IMG/VR virus record: IMGVR_UViG_3300001525_000272
Coordinates: 22,184-86,183 of that record
Source: a virus
Lineage: Duplodnaviria; Caudoviricetes
Length of the DNA: 64,000 nucleotides
Reading direction: 5' to 3' (one strand)
In this document: positions 9,876 through 18,747 of the stretch, piece after piece
How the letters are laid out: every line of letters begins with the position of its first letter
Position numbering within the stretch: position 1 is the stretch's first letter
Translations under genes and position numbers: made by a program
The notes under the pieces: model-generated
What the model was told of the DNA's origin: nothing
Database searches by the model: none
The model's input: only the letters and a program-made list of their open reading frames with translations

Positions 9876-11075
9876 ATGGCTGACAGTGAAGAGACAGAAG
9901 TAAAATATATCTTACCGAAGTATCTTGGTCATCCCGGATATGTTTTTGATCCAGTTGAAATGAATACTAGTGGGATTAGTTTTGAAACAAAAATTGATCA
10001 GTCTCTTCAAATTGCATATCTTCATCCATTAAATACAGAAATTACTGGTGATCTCAATATTTATAGAGGTGTTGATGGTTGGGATGAATATGTAGAATAT
10101 CTTGCTGTAAATGGTGTTGGTGTTCCCGCTGACATAGCAAAATCAAAACGTATTGCTGCTGTATGTAGTGTTAATACTCCTATGGCAGAATCATATACTA
10201 ATGAGTATGGACAATCTCAAATACTTAGTGGATTAGTAAGTAGAACTTCTGGTGGGTGGGATGAAATCTCATTTATGACGGGTGGTTTGAATGCTGAAAA
10301 TTTTAAAAAGCAAGGCGGAATGGTTAAAGTACTTGGAGATGCTTGGGGTTGGACTGGTGATACAGTAGCTGGTGCTGCAGATTGGGTTAGTAAAACAACA
10401 GGATTGGGTAATGCAGAATCAATCAAACAAGATGTTGCTGAAATGATTAAGAATCCCGGATCCAAGCTTGATATTCCTACAATGTGGAAAGGAAGTTCTT
10501 GCTCAGTAAGTTACGAACTTAGCATCAGATTAAATTGTTTTAATTCTAAAAATGATAAACAATATGGATCAGGTATCCTTGCTCCATTAGTAGCACTTCT
10601 TCAATTTGTAACACCAAGATCTAATAATGGTAAGTTTTATACTTGGCCGTTCTTATTGGAATTAAACATTCCTGGTTGTGTTTATCTTCCGCTTGCATAT
10701 TGTTCTAATATGACTGTTTTGAAAGGTGGAGATGTAAACGATATATCTTGGTGCGGTAGACCAAACATGATTGATGTAAGAATGTCAATCAATAGTGTTT
10801 ACGGAGTTACAGTAAACTCAAAAGATAGTAGTTATGGTGGTGATCGTCCAAGTATTATGCAACAACTTCTTGCATTAAACGGAATGGATGATCGTGGTGG
10901 TTTAAAACAACCAGTGCTTGTTGAAGAAAAAGAGGAAGAACAACCCAAAAAAGTAAATTATGTTTCTACATCAAATGCTTCTGGAAGTGGTGCTGTAGAA
11001 GATACATCTAGAACCAAAGAAAAACCAGATGAAGAAAAAGATGCAATGAAAGCACTTAATGATTTAGTAACTTAA
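9876..11075 (+). CDS. putative baseplate/tail tube initiator-like virion protein
   Basis: Follows the TMP-like gene; beta-rich tube-fold-like segment (WKGSSCSVSYELSIRL, YCSNMTVLKGG, PNMIDVRMSI). Confidence 0.4.
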   Translation: MADSEETEVKYILPKYLGHPGYVFDPVEMNTSGISFETKIDQSLQIAYLHPLNTEITGDLNIYRGVDGWDEYVEYLAVNGVGVPADIAKSKRIAAVCSVNTPMAESYTNEYGQSQILSGLVSRTSGGWDEISFMTGGLNAENFKKQGGMVKVLGDAWGWTGDTVAGAADWVSKTTGLGNAESIKQDVAEMIKNPGSKLDIPTMWKGSSCSVSYELSIRLNCFNSKNDKQYGSGILAPLVALLQFVTPRSNNGKFYTWPFLLELNIPGCVYLPLAYCSNMTVLKGGDVNDISWCGRPNMIDVRMSINSVYGVTVNSKDSSYGGDRPSIMQQLLALNGMDDRGGLKQPVLVEEKEEEQPKKVNYVSTSNASGSGAVEDTSRTKEKPDEEKDAMKALNDLVT

Positions 11076-11082
11076 TTCATTT

Positions 11083-12228
11083 TTAAACATAGTATCTAAG
11101 ATATATTGCCATATAGTAAGCAATAAAGTTTCTTGATACGCTCTTACTTTGTATAGTAAGACCATTATACCAATTCTGAAGTTGTAATTTATCAACTAAC
11201 ATTAATTGGATATCATCTATAACCTTTTTGAAATAAACTTGTTGTTTTGTACTCTTTATAGCCATCAGACTTCTAATGTAATCTAAAAACTTAGTTTGCT
11301 TAATGATTTGGAGGTCAGGGAGCGTTTTAAGCAACAAGTAATATCCTAACTTAATGTTTTCTATGAACGCAGGTTGGGCTAAATTTTCGGCATATTGGAT
11401 AGCAAGTTTTCTGTTGAATTTAGTAATAGAAGTTGCTTGTTGAATGGCAACACTATTACGTTTTCTATAGATACACATATCTTCTGCTATCTTATTTATA
11501 AATGCTTTCAGTTTGGTTTCTTTTGTAGTATCCCAATCTTGTTCATCTCCTGTAGTATTAGAAGTCTTCTTTTTATAGATATCATAATACTTATTCATCA
11601 ATGATCTAATAGATTGTTTAATTCTATTCTTTAAACTATAAATCATTGAAAAGATCTTATTACTATCATCTTCAACCAATGCTGTTTTGAATTTGGTAAA
11701 TACATCATTACTGAAATAGATGATACTTGCAGCAATAGTTTGTTTCTTTCTAAACATATGATTTTGAGAAAGACTTTCTAACGCTGATTGAAATACATCA
11801 GGTAAACATAATGCTTTTTTATTACCGCTACGTTTGGATGTAGTAAAATGATACAATGTATTACTGTAAGTTCTCAAAGAAAACAAATGAAATGTTGCTT
11901 GTGCACCCATTAAATTATTTACTTCAAGATACTTTTGAGTTATCAAAACAAGTAATGTTGTATATGGATCATGTACTAATTTAAACTGACTTCTTTGTGG
12001 TCCATACTTCTCCATTGAATATTGTAATAACAATTTCTCGTTTGTATTACACATATGAAGAAGATCTTTGAATATGTTACTAGTTTTTGGATAATAACAT
12101 GATTCAATAAGATTACTAAACTCAAGAGAAACATGATTGACTATATAACGATAAAGATAATCCAAATCTATTACACTAATGATTTTCTTATCATCAACTA
12201 AACTCTTGATTACAAATGTTCTTTTCAT
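11083..12228 (-). CDS. hypothetical alpha-helical protein
   Basis: 381-aa ORF directly downstream of the baseplate wedge gene; no motif recognised. Confidence 0.7.
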   Translation of the reverse strand: MKRTFVIKSLVDDKKIISVIDLDYLYRYIVNHVSLEFSNLIESCYYPKTSNIFKDLLHMCNTNEKLLLQYSMEKYGPQRSQFKLVHDPYTTLLVLITQKYLEVNNLMGAQATFHLFSLRTYSNTLYHFTTSKRSGNKKALCLPDVFQSALESLSQNHMFRKKQTIAASIIYFSNDVFTKFKTALVEDDSNKIFSMIYSLKNRIKQSIRSLMNKYYDIYKKKTSNTTGDEQDWDTTKETKLKAFINKIAEDMCIYRKRNSVAIQQATSITKFNRKLAIQYAENLAQPAFIENIKLGYYLLLKTLPDLQIIKQTKFLDYIRSLMAIKSTKQQVYFKKVIDDIQLMLVDKLQLQNWYNGLTIQSKSVSRNFIAYYMAIYLRYYV

Positions 12229-12242
12229 TCTATAAATTCCTC

Positions 12243-15200
12243 TTAAACTCTTTCAATTTGAACAGTTACAGTTGATTTACTATAATCGGATTCACTGCTA
12301 GATTTGCCTCTAAATCCGATATATTGTGGAGTAAAATCAAGCATTTGTTTTTGAGTTAAATCATCAATTGTATAATCAAATCTGATATTAAATTCAGGAT
12401 TCAAAATTTCGGCATATACAACACCAGATATACTTCTACAAACCTTTAAGAGTTCAGAAATATCTATATTTTTCTGAATACCAATTTTTGATTGATAATA
12501 AGTAGTCAATGCATCAATAATTTCATTAGTAATAGTTTCATCAGATTTACTAACTACTGTATTATCAACCTCGATTTTAACTTTGATATCTAAAGGTATA
12601 TTATATTCACTTACATTCTTCCACGTTCTACCAGTCCATACAAGTGTATTATAATATCCATCAGAATCAAGTTCATCCTTGACTCTTACATACATACCTC
12701 TCTTTGGTTCAATTAATTGATATGTATATGTATAATTTGGAGCATCACCACTTACTAATCTTAAAACTATATAACCAAGATATTCACTCAGAGGTGTCTT
12801 ACCCATCTCATCAATAAATCCATTGGCTATATAATATATACCACTTTGACCAGCTGTTGCCGCTGGATCTGTTTTACTTCCGCTACCATAATCAGTATTA
12901 ATGATTACGTCAGTTGGAATACTTTGTGTATCACTATCCCACCATGGAGTATTATCATATCTTGATTCTACTGTATAAGAAGGTGTATTATATTTCAAGT
13001 TAGTCATTACACCATATGTATCACAGAATTTTATGTTAATAAAATCTGTCAACATCTTCTTATCAGTAAATGACAAAGAAGTTATAAGTTTTTGCATTAC
13101 ACTCAATTCAAAATTACTACTTCCTGTATTACTATCACTTTCAACAATATCTTTATAATATGATTTGAGAATTACTGGAACGTTATGTAATCTACAACTA
13201 CCATCTTCATTGAATGTTATTGTAGACTCCATGAAAGTATCAAGATTTCTTCTAATGATTACATCACAGTAATAAGTATGAAGACTGCTCCAAGCCATCT
13301 GAACTTTAGTATTTGATTTTCCTGATACTAAGTTTCCTTGTGCATCTATAATTATACTTCCATCTGTTCCAACAAATGATCCATCAAGATTTCTCTTTGG
13401 TCCCCAAGCTTCTATATCAAATTCAAATCTTTGTAATCCATCTGGAACATTTAAATAGTTATCAATAGTCCAACCAAACGAAGTATATGCACCATCTGAA
13501 TTCTTTGTATATGTATACCCGTATGCGGCAGTAGCATCATATACTTTATTATCACCCCATTTGGTAGTCATTGTTGCCTGGAATGTTTGAACATTAAAAC
13601 CACCATAATTATCAAACAAATTCTTTAACTGATATGCTGTCATGTTATTTTCATTATCAATTGTAGAATTTTCTTGAACATTATGATTTACTTTGAATGT
13701 TACATTTACAGCATAATTAGTACTAAGTGTTGATTTTCTACTAGTATTTATAGAGAAACTACAACCGTTTCCTGTAATATAACTATATTTATCATAGAAA
13801 CTATCTCTAATTTTACTATATTTAGAAACCGGTGTACCGTCTACACTTTGAAGCATATAGTCATATGATGCTGTTTTAGTAGTTCTGTTTAATGTCATAT
13901 TAAACAGTGTTATAAAAGTATCATTTCCTACATCAACATCTGTATTTCTCATGATAGTAAATTCATTACTATCACTTGTCCATTCTGTATTGGATATATC
14001 TATGTATGTATTTCTAGTTGGAACTATTTCATTTACATTATTTGCAATGTAATTTAATGTAGTAAACACCATCATTTCATTACATTTAATATCACTTCTC
14101 TTCAATATCGGATATGCATTTTTTATTGGTAAATCATTTCCACATATTGTAGTTATATCATCATAATCATTATCACTAACCAATCTCTTCTTAGAAGAAA
14201 GATTTACGATTGCATTTTGTTTAATTTCTGGTAAAGTTAAAAGATCTAAACCACCATATGCTGCTGATGGGTTATTGATAGTAAATGAAACCGTACCAGT
14301 TCCACTAGAAGAGTTTTGATAAATCGTATCACCATCAGAGATAGTATTTGAAATTACATTACCTGTTGATCCTTGTGTTATATGTAATCTCACAGCTATA
14401 ATAGATCCCGGAGCCGGTTGCTTACCAAGGATACCATTACCAAACATAATCTCACCCTTATTATAACCACCAACCCAACAATATTGAGTTTTCTTGGCAG
14501 TCATACTATAAATACCATTTACAGCTTCTTCCCATTTAACCCAGTTACATATATTACCAGCACTATCATACATTTCTTCTGTCGGATCAAATGTTTCAGG
14601 ACTCAGGGTTCCATCAATACTTGAATCAGAAGTATTAAGTTTTTGGTTAATGGTTGGAGATATTACATATACATCAAGATCACTAACCTGACCTTCATAT
14701 TCAATTGGTATATTATAATACTGATCAGTACTCAAATCATCTGGTACATTGAATATCTTTAACTGAATATCCTTCTGTATAAATGTAAGATAGAAATATG
14801 CAGTTTTACCATCTGATGAAAGATATACCGGTTTATAGTTACCATCACTATCTCTTACATTGAGAATACTATTATTAATAACTTTGGCTGTAATTTCATT
14901 AGTAATCAATGTATTATTTACATTTACTTTAGCAGCACTTACACTATCTAATGAATCACTCTTAATCATGAATGGAATATCTCCAGCTCTTGCATGAAAA
15001 TATGGAGATATTGTGAAAGAAGCCTGACTTGTTGTAAATTCAAGATTTACACCCATAAGCAAATCTACTTGTGCTGGTGTAGCCTTTGGTATTACATAAC
15101 CAATCCATTTTGCAAGATTTGATACAGATTCTGTTAATTGAGCATCAACAAAGAAAAATTCTTTATAAATTGTTGCATCATAAAAGATATGATTGGCGGA

Positions 15201-15401
15201 AAGAATAGATAACTGATCAATTAAATAAGCCAGATATGATGTCTTATTGATATCAGAATCATTCAAATTAAGATACTGTTTAGCATATTCAATTAATGCA
15301 GATCTAATCTTCTCTCTTGATCCATAAATATTAACACCCTGATTAACAATTTGATTAAGCAAAATGCTATCAGAATCTGTACTTTTAGTTGAAGTAGCCA
15401 T
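12243..15401 (-). CDS. baseplate wedge protein (T4 gp6/baseplate J-like)
   Basis: N-terminal LAYLIDQLS..EFFFVDAQLTESVSNLAKWIGY, then EIMFGNGILGKQP, AAYGGLD and KRLVSDNDY, typical of gp6-like wedge proteins. Confidence 0.8.
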   Translation of the reverse strand: MATSTKSTDSDSILLNQIVNQGVNIYGSREKIRSALIEYAKQYLNLNDSDINKTSYLAYLIDQLSILSANHIFYDATIYKEFFFVDAQLTESVSNLAKWIGYVIPKATPAQVDLLMGVNLEFTTSQASFTISPYFHARAGDIPFMIKSDSLDSVSAAKVNVNNTLITNEITAKVINNSILNVRDSDGNYKPVYLSSDGKTAYFYLTFIQKDIQLKIFNVPDDLSTDQYYNIPIEYEGQVSDLDVYVISPTINQKLNTSDSSIDGTLSPETFDPTEEMYDSAGNICNWVKWEEAVNGIYSMTAKKTQYCWVGGYNKGEIMFGNGILGKQPAPGSIIAVRLHITQGSTGNVISNTISDGDTIYQNSSSGTGTVSFTINNPSAAYGGLDLLTLPEIKQNAIVNLSSKKRLVSDNDYDDITTICGNDLPIKNAYPILKRSDIKCNEMMVFTTLNYIANNVNEIVPTRNTYIDISNTEWTSDSNEFTIMRNTDVDVGNDTFITLFNMTLNRTTKTASYDYMLQSVDGTPVSKYSKIRDSFYDKYSYITGNGCSFSINTSRKSTLSTNYAVNVTFKVNHNVQENSTIDNENNMTAYQLKNLFDNYGGFNVQTFQATMTTKWGDNKVYDATAAYGYTYTKNSDGAYTSFGWTIDNYLNVPDGLQRFEFDIEAWGPKRNLDGSFVGTDGSIIIDAQGNLVSGKSNTKVQMAWSSLHTYYCDVIIRRNLDTFMESTITFNEDGSCRLHNVPVILKSYYKDIVESDSNTGSSNFELSVMQKLITSLSFTDKKMLTDFINIKFCDTYGVMTNLKYNTPSYTVESRYDNTPWWDSDTQSIPTDVIINTDYGSGSKTDPAATAGQSGIYYIANGFIDEMGKTPLSEYLGYIVLRLVSGDAPNYTYTYQLIEPKRGMYVRVKDELDSDGYYNTLVWTGRTWKNVSEYNIPLDIKVKIEVDNTVVSKSDETITNEIIDALTTYYQSKIGIQKNIDISELLKVCRSISGVVYAEILNPEFNIRFDYTIDDLTQKQMLDFTPQYIGFRGKSSSESDYSKSTVTVQIERV

Positions 15402-15423
15402 CTTTTAAATCTCTTTTAAAAAC

Positions 15424-16107
15424 TTAAATAGTTACTGTTTCACAGTATAAACCAGATTGCTCATCAAACAATCCTTTTAGTTTGTTCTCACATTTCTGTT
15501 CTAGTATTTTTTCAAGAACAATTGATGCATCCATGTTATAAAGTCTTTTCTCATAATCCATAAATTCAAGAATATCATTAAGTTGCATATTGATTTTTGA
15601 CTTGGTTACATATGAAACCTTCATATTAATCTTGTAAAAACCAAGTTCAAAATCATTAGATTTTTCTACATTTACAACTTCGTATAAAGGTGGATCATTT
15701 AATATAAAATGGTTATTTACATTAAACATATCAAATGCTACAAAATCATGAACTTTTGGAACAACACCAGTAGTTCTTGGGAAAAATGCATCAAGTAATT
15801 TTTCTGTATTGGTCGTACCCCTTTCATCATTAGTGGGAGTAGTATTTACTTGACCAAGTCCATTGATTGGTAATTCTAAAATCTTTCTCCATCTCCAACC
15901 AGATTTTTCGCCAACCATTTCATAAGAACCACCATTAAGTTTCTTTTTATCAATATTTGAATTTTCTATATCAAGATTGTAGTAAGTTACTTTAATGGTA
16001 TTAAGATTCCATTGAGAATAATAATCATTTACCAGATCTACATACCAATTAGCATACTGCTGCTTAGTACTAAATTTTGGTTGATTGATATATGTTTTAT
16101 TAATCAT
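15424..16107 (-). CDS. virion structural protein, possibly neck/head-closure-like
   Basis: Sits between gp25-like and wedge genes; beta-rich (VTYYNLD, PKVHDFV, LYEVVNV). Start taken as ATG 16107, 2 nt after the upstream stop. Confidence 0.35.
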   Translation of the reverse strand: MINKTYINQPKFSTKQQYANWYVDLVNDYYSQWNLNTIKVTYYNLDIENSNIDKKKLNGGSYEMVGEKSGWRWRKILELPINGLGQVNTTPTNDERGTTNTEKLLDAFFPRTTGVVPKVHDFVAFDMFNVNNHFILNDPPLYEVVNVEKSNDFELGFYKINMKVSYVTKSKINMQLNDILEFMDYEKRLYNMDASIVLEKILEQKCENKLKGLFDEQSGLYCETVTI

Positions 16108-16109
16108 GA

Positions 16110-16574
16110 TTATTGTTCTCCCCAAACAGAACTCATTTCTGATTCTTTATCAGGAACCATATTAGAACCAAGATTTTTCATAAAAATACTCAATGGTGTC
16201 TTGTTCTGTTCTCCTTGAATAGATAATACAACATCTACTGTTGCTGTTTTATTACTCATTTGAATGTTTACATTACTAACTTTAACCCTGGATTCAAATC
16301 TCTCAATTCTATCTTTTACTTCATATTTGATTTCTTCTTCTGTTACACTATCAGCCATTTCAAATAACTTTTTATATAACAAAGATCCATAATTTGGATC
16401 AAATGGATATTGACCCAATGGAGTCATAAGAAGATTTCTTATAGATGTAATAATGGCATCCTTACCAGTTACTTCTTTCCAATCACCATTTTGATCAATA
16501 ACTGGATAAATATCTTTAGCGATATTGTATGTAGCAATTCGCTTTGTTTCAAACTTCTTATATTCGTTAGACAT
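16110..16574 (-). CDS. baseplate wedge/sheath initiator (GPW/gp25-like)
   Basis: AIITSIRNLLMTPLGQYPFDPNYGS and IERFESRVKV gp25 signature. Confidence 0.85.
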   Translation of the reverse strand: MSNEYKKFETKRIATYNIAKDIYPVIDQNGDWKEVTGKDAIITSIRNLLMTPLGQYPFDPNYGSLLYKKLFEMADSVTEEEIKYEVKDRIERFESRVKVSNVNIQMSNKTATVDVVLSIQGEQNKTPLSIFMKNLGSNMVPDKESEMSSVWGEQ

Positions 16575-16610
16575 ATATAAAACAAACAAAAATATACTAA
16601 AACTATAGAT

Positions 16611-16632
16611 TTGTTCCCATATATAGAAAATT
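16611..16632 (-). promoter_or_regulatory. candidate phage late-promoter motif (ATATATGGGAAC)
   Basis: 19/22 identical to 22647-22668; both lie 11 nt past a terminator hairpin and about 40 nt before a structural gene ATG. Confidence 0.45.
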
Positions 16633-16643
16633 GGGAGAATTCT

Positions 16644-16687
16644 GAGTTGTCATTTTACAACCACTTCCTATTGTAAAATGACAACTC
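16644..16687 (-). terminator. intrinsic terminator-like hairpin
   Basis: Perfect 17-bp stem gagttgtcattttacaa/ttgtaaaatgacaactc with a 10-nt loop. Confidence 0.7.
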
Positions 16688-16748
16688 GAATATTTTAAGT
16701 AAAGTAATGTATAACTATATTTGGGTAATGCACTAATTCAAAAATTTA

Positions 16749-16958
16749 TCATTTAATACCTTGAATAGCCTTTTGTTGTGTATCATACTTATCTCTATCA
16801 TATTTGGTTTTCCATTTGATATAAGATTTTACTTCATCAACAGGCATTCTTACTACATCTATATAAGAACTTTTTGAAAGTTCCATACATAAAAAAATAG
16901 TTTCTTTAAGACTTTCTCGGTATTTTAATACACTTTTCTCATTGGTACAATGCGCGAA
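16749..16958 (-). CDS. +1-frame extension of the tail assembly chaperone (gpGT-like), not in the ORF track
   Basis: Frame is open across the chaperone stop: (F)AHCTNEKSVLKYRESLKETIFLCMELSKSSYIDVVRMPVDEVKSYIKW...IQGIK*. Entry via CAG TTT TTT CGC at 16954-16965; the alternative ATG at 16886 lacks a clear RBS. Confidence 0.55.
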   Translation of the reverse strand, partial: FAHCTNEKSVLKYRESLKETIFLCMELSKSSYIDVVRMPVDEVKSYIKWKTKYDRDKYDTQQKAIQGIK

Positions 16959-17790
16959 AAAACTGAGAAGTGAAATCTAATTCTACGTCCCGCTTGTCTT
17001 TACATTCAGAATTTTGACAAATTACTGTAGCGACTGTTCTAACATTATATTTGAGAAATTCATCAGCATAGACTTTATTAATCAATTTGGCATCATCCGG
17101 AGGAATAGAATTCCAAGCAAGTCTGATATTATCTTTTTGCTTGTATTCATCACCATTTGGTTTATCCTTAGTAGGATCTTGATAGAATCTATCAACCATA
17201 CTAAGATTTTTCCTCTTTCCTTTATCTTCATCAGTTGCAAATAAATCATATTCACTATATTCTATCTCATCCTTTATAGTTGGTGCTTTAAGAACACAGT
17301 GAACACCATCAAATTCTTTAAGATCTACAACTTTTCTATATGAGATAATATCTCCGCGTTTAGTTCCTTTTTCAGAATCAATTACTTCATCAGGATTCCA
17401 AAAAGTACCCTTGAGAGCTTTATCAATATCTATAGTAACAGTATTTGTATGACCGCATTTTTCACATATAACTTCATATACGTGCATATTTTTATATGTA
17501 GTAGCATAGAGACCATATATTAAAGCATCTCTATCCTTTAAAGTAGTATTTTCAATGAAATCATCAAATGTTTTAATGTTTTCTGGTTTTTTTACAAGAC
17601 AACCCCACAATACTTCAGAAAGATGTTTGGGAAAACTAGAAGGTGTAATCAAACTTCCTTTCAGATTATCCTCATCAGCAATGGACATTGATCTAACAGT
17701 ATACTTTTTATTTCCTTGTGGAGTAATAACTTCATATTCAGGAAGTTTAATACCAAACCCACTAAATACTTCAATACCAGCTTTATTCAT
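16939..17790 (-). CDS. tail assembly chaperone / T4 gp26-like baseplate hub assembly protein
   Basis: LPEYEVITP..KKYTVRSMSIADED, DRDALIYGL and two CxxC-like motifs; directly downstream of the tail tube gene. Confidence 0.65.
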   Translation of the reverse strand: MNKAGIEVFSGFGIKLPEYEVITPQGNKKYTVRSMSIADEDNLKGSLITPSSFPKHLSEVLWGCLVKKPENIKTFDDFIENTTLKDRDALIYGLYATTYKNMHVYEVICEKCGHTNTVTIDIDKALKGTFWNPDEVIDSEKGTKRGDIISYRKVVDLKEFDGVHCVLKAPTIKDEIEYSEYDLFATDEDKGKRKNLSMVDRFYQDPTKDKPNGDEYKQKDNIRLAWNSIPPDDAKLINKVYADEFLKYNVRTVATVICQNSECKDKRDVELDFTSQFFRALYQ

Positions 17791-17888
17791 AGATTTTTGA
17801 ATCCTATTGATTTATAAAATAACAATTGAGTTGATACAATTTCAATTAAAAAAGAAAATTTTAATTTTTTCAGAAATGATTTAAAAGT

Positions 17889-17928
17889 ATCAAACTCCCA
17901 TACCATTTCTGAAATATGGGAGTTTGAT
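17889..17928 (-). terminator. terminator-like hairpin after the tail tube gene
   Basis: 14-bp stem atcaaactcccata/tatgggagtttgat with a 12-nt loop. Confidence 0.65.
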
Positions 17929-17942
17929 TTTCTTTTATTTGA

Positions 17943-18665
17943 TTACGGGAAATCCTGAGACGCGTTACCGCTACTTCTAACTTCCTGAAGTTTCTTGGAA
18001 TAAGAATCAGATAATGTTCTAGCTTTATCATAAACCCAGCTTTCATGATAAACAAAGTCAACATTGAATTCTATATCCATTTCCAGTTTATCTACAGATG
18101 CTACATCACTCTGGAAGAGATCCTGTGGATCTTTAAGCGGGAATACACCAGAATAACAAGCAGCGTATTCTATCGTCTTTCCATCCGGTTTAGTAGTCCA
18201 GTAAAGAACAGATGCTGAATATTCATTCTTATGTGTTGCTAATTCATTAGCATTATCAGTAGTACCCGTTTTATTATCACGGATATACTTAACCCAGCTA
18301 TGAATAACAGAAAATACTGGAAGATACTGGAATTCAAGAAATTTACAAGAGAATGAAGTGGTGTAGTCAACACTAGTAGGAACACTCCATTTAGTACCAC
18401 CAAGACCTTGAATTTCTGTTTTGTTTAAAGTACCACCGGGAGGTGTTACTGATAAACAACACACATCAAGAACAGAAGGAACATCATCTGGCCCCTTCAA
18501 CTTAGTAGAAGTAATCAATCCTTTTATTGTATCGAAATATATTGATTTATTAGGCATGAACCATTTAGTAAAATGGTAGCCTGTAAGATATGGATCTGCA
18601 ACAAGGTTATTTGCGGTACCACCGTAGTTTCTTCCCGTTGCATTGAACATGCTAGCAAAACCCAT
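17943..18665 (-). CDS. tail tube protein
   Basis: Follows the sheath gene; gp19-like pattern (SVTPPGGTL, FSCKFLEFQ, AACYSGVFP, LEMDIEFNVD); AAGGA RBS. Confidence 0.8.
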   Translation of the reverse strand: MGFASMFNATGRNYGGTANNLVADPYLTGYHFTKWFMPNKSIYFDTIKGLITSTKLKGPDDVPSVLDVCCLSVTPPGGTLNKTEIQGLGGTKWSVPTSVDYTTSFSCKFLEFQYLPVFSVIHSWVKYIRDNKTGTTDNANELATHKNEYSASVLYWTTKPDGKTIEYAACYSGVFPLKDPQDLFQSDVASVDKLEMDIEFNVDFVYHESWVYDKARTLSDSYSKKLQEVRSSGNASQDFP

Positions 18666-18699
18666 TGTTTGATTCCTTTATTTTAAAGTTTATGATTTA

Positions 18700-18735
18700 G
18701 AATCAAGGATATCCAAAAATGAATATCCTTGATTC
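18700..18735 (-). terminator. terminator-like hairpin after the sheath gene
   Basis: 13-bp stem gaatcaaggatat/atatccttgattc with a 10-nt loop. Confidence 0.65.
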
Positions 18736-18747
18736 ATTTATTACCTA

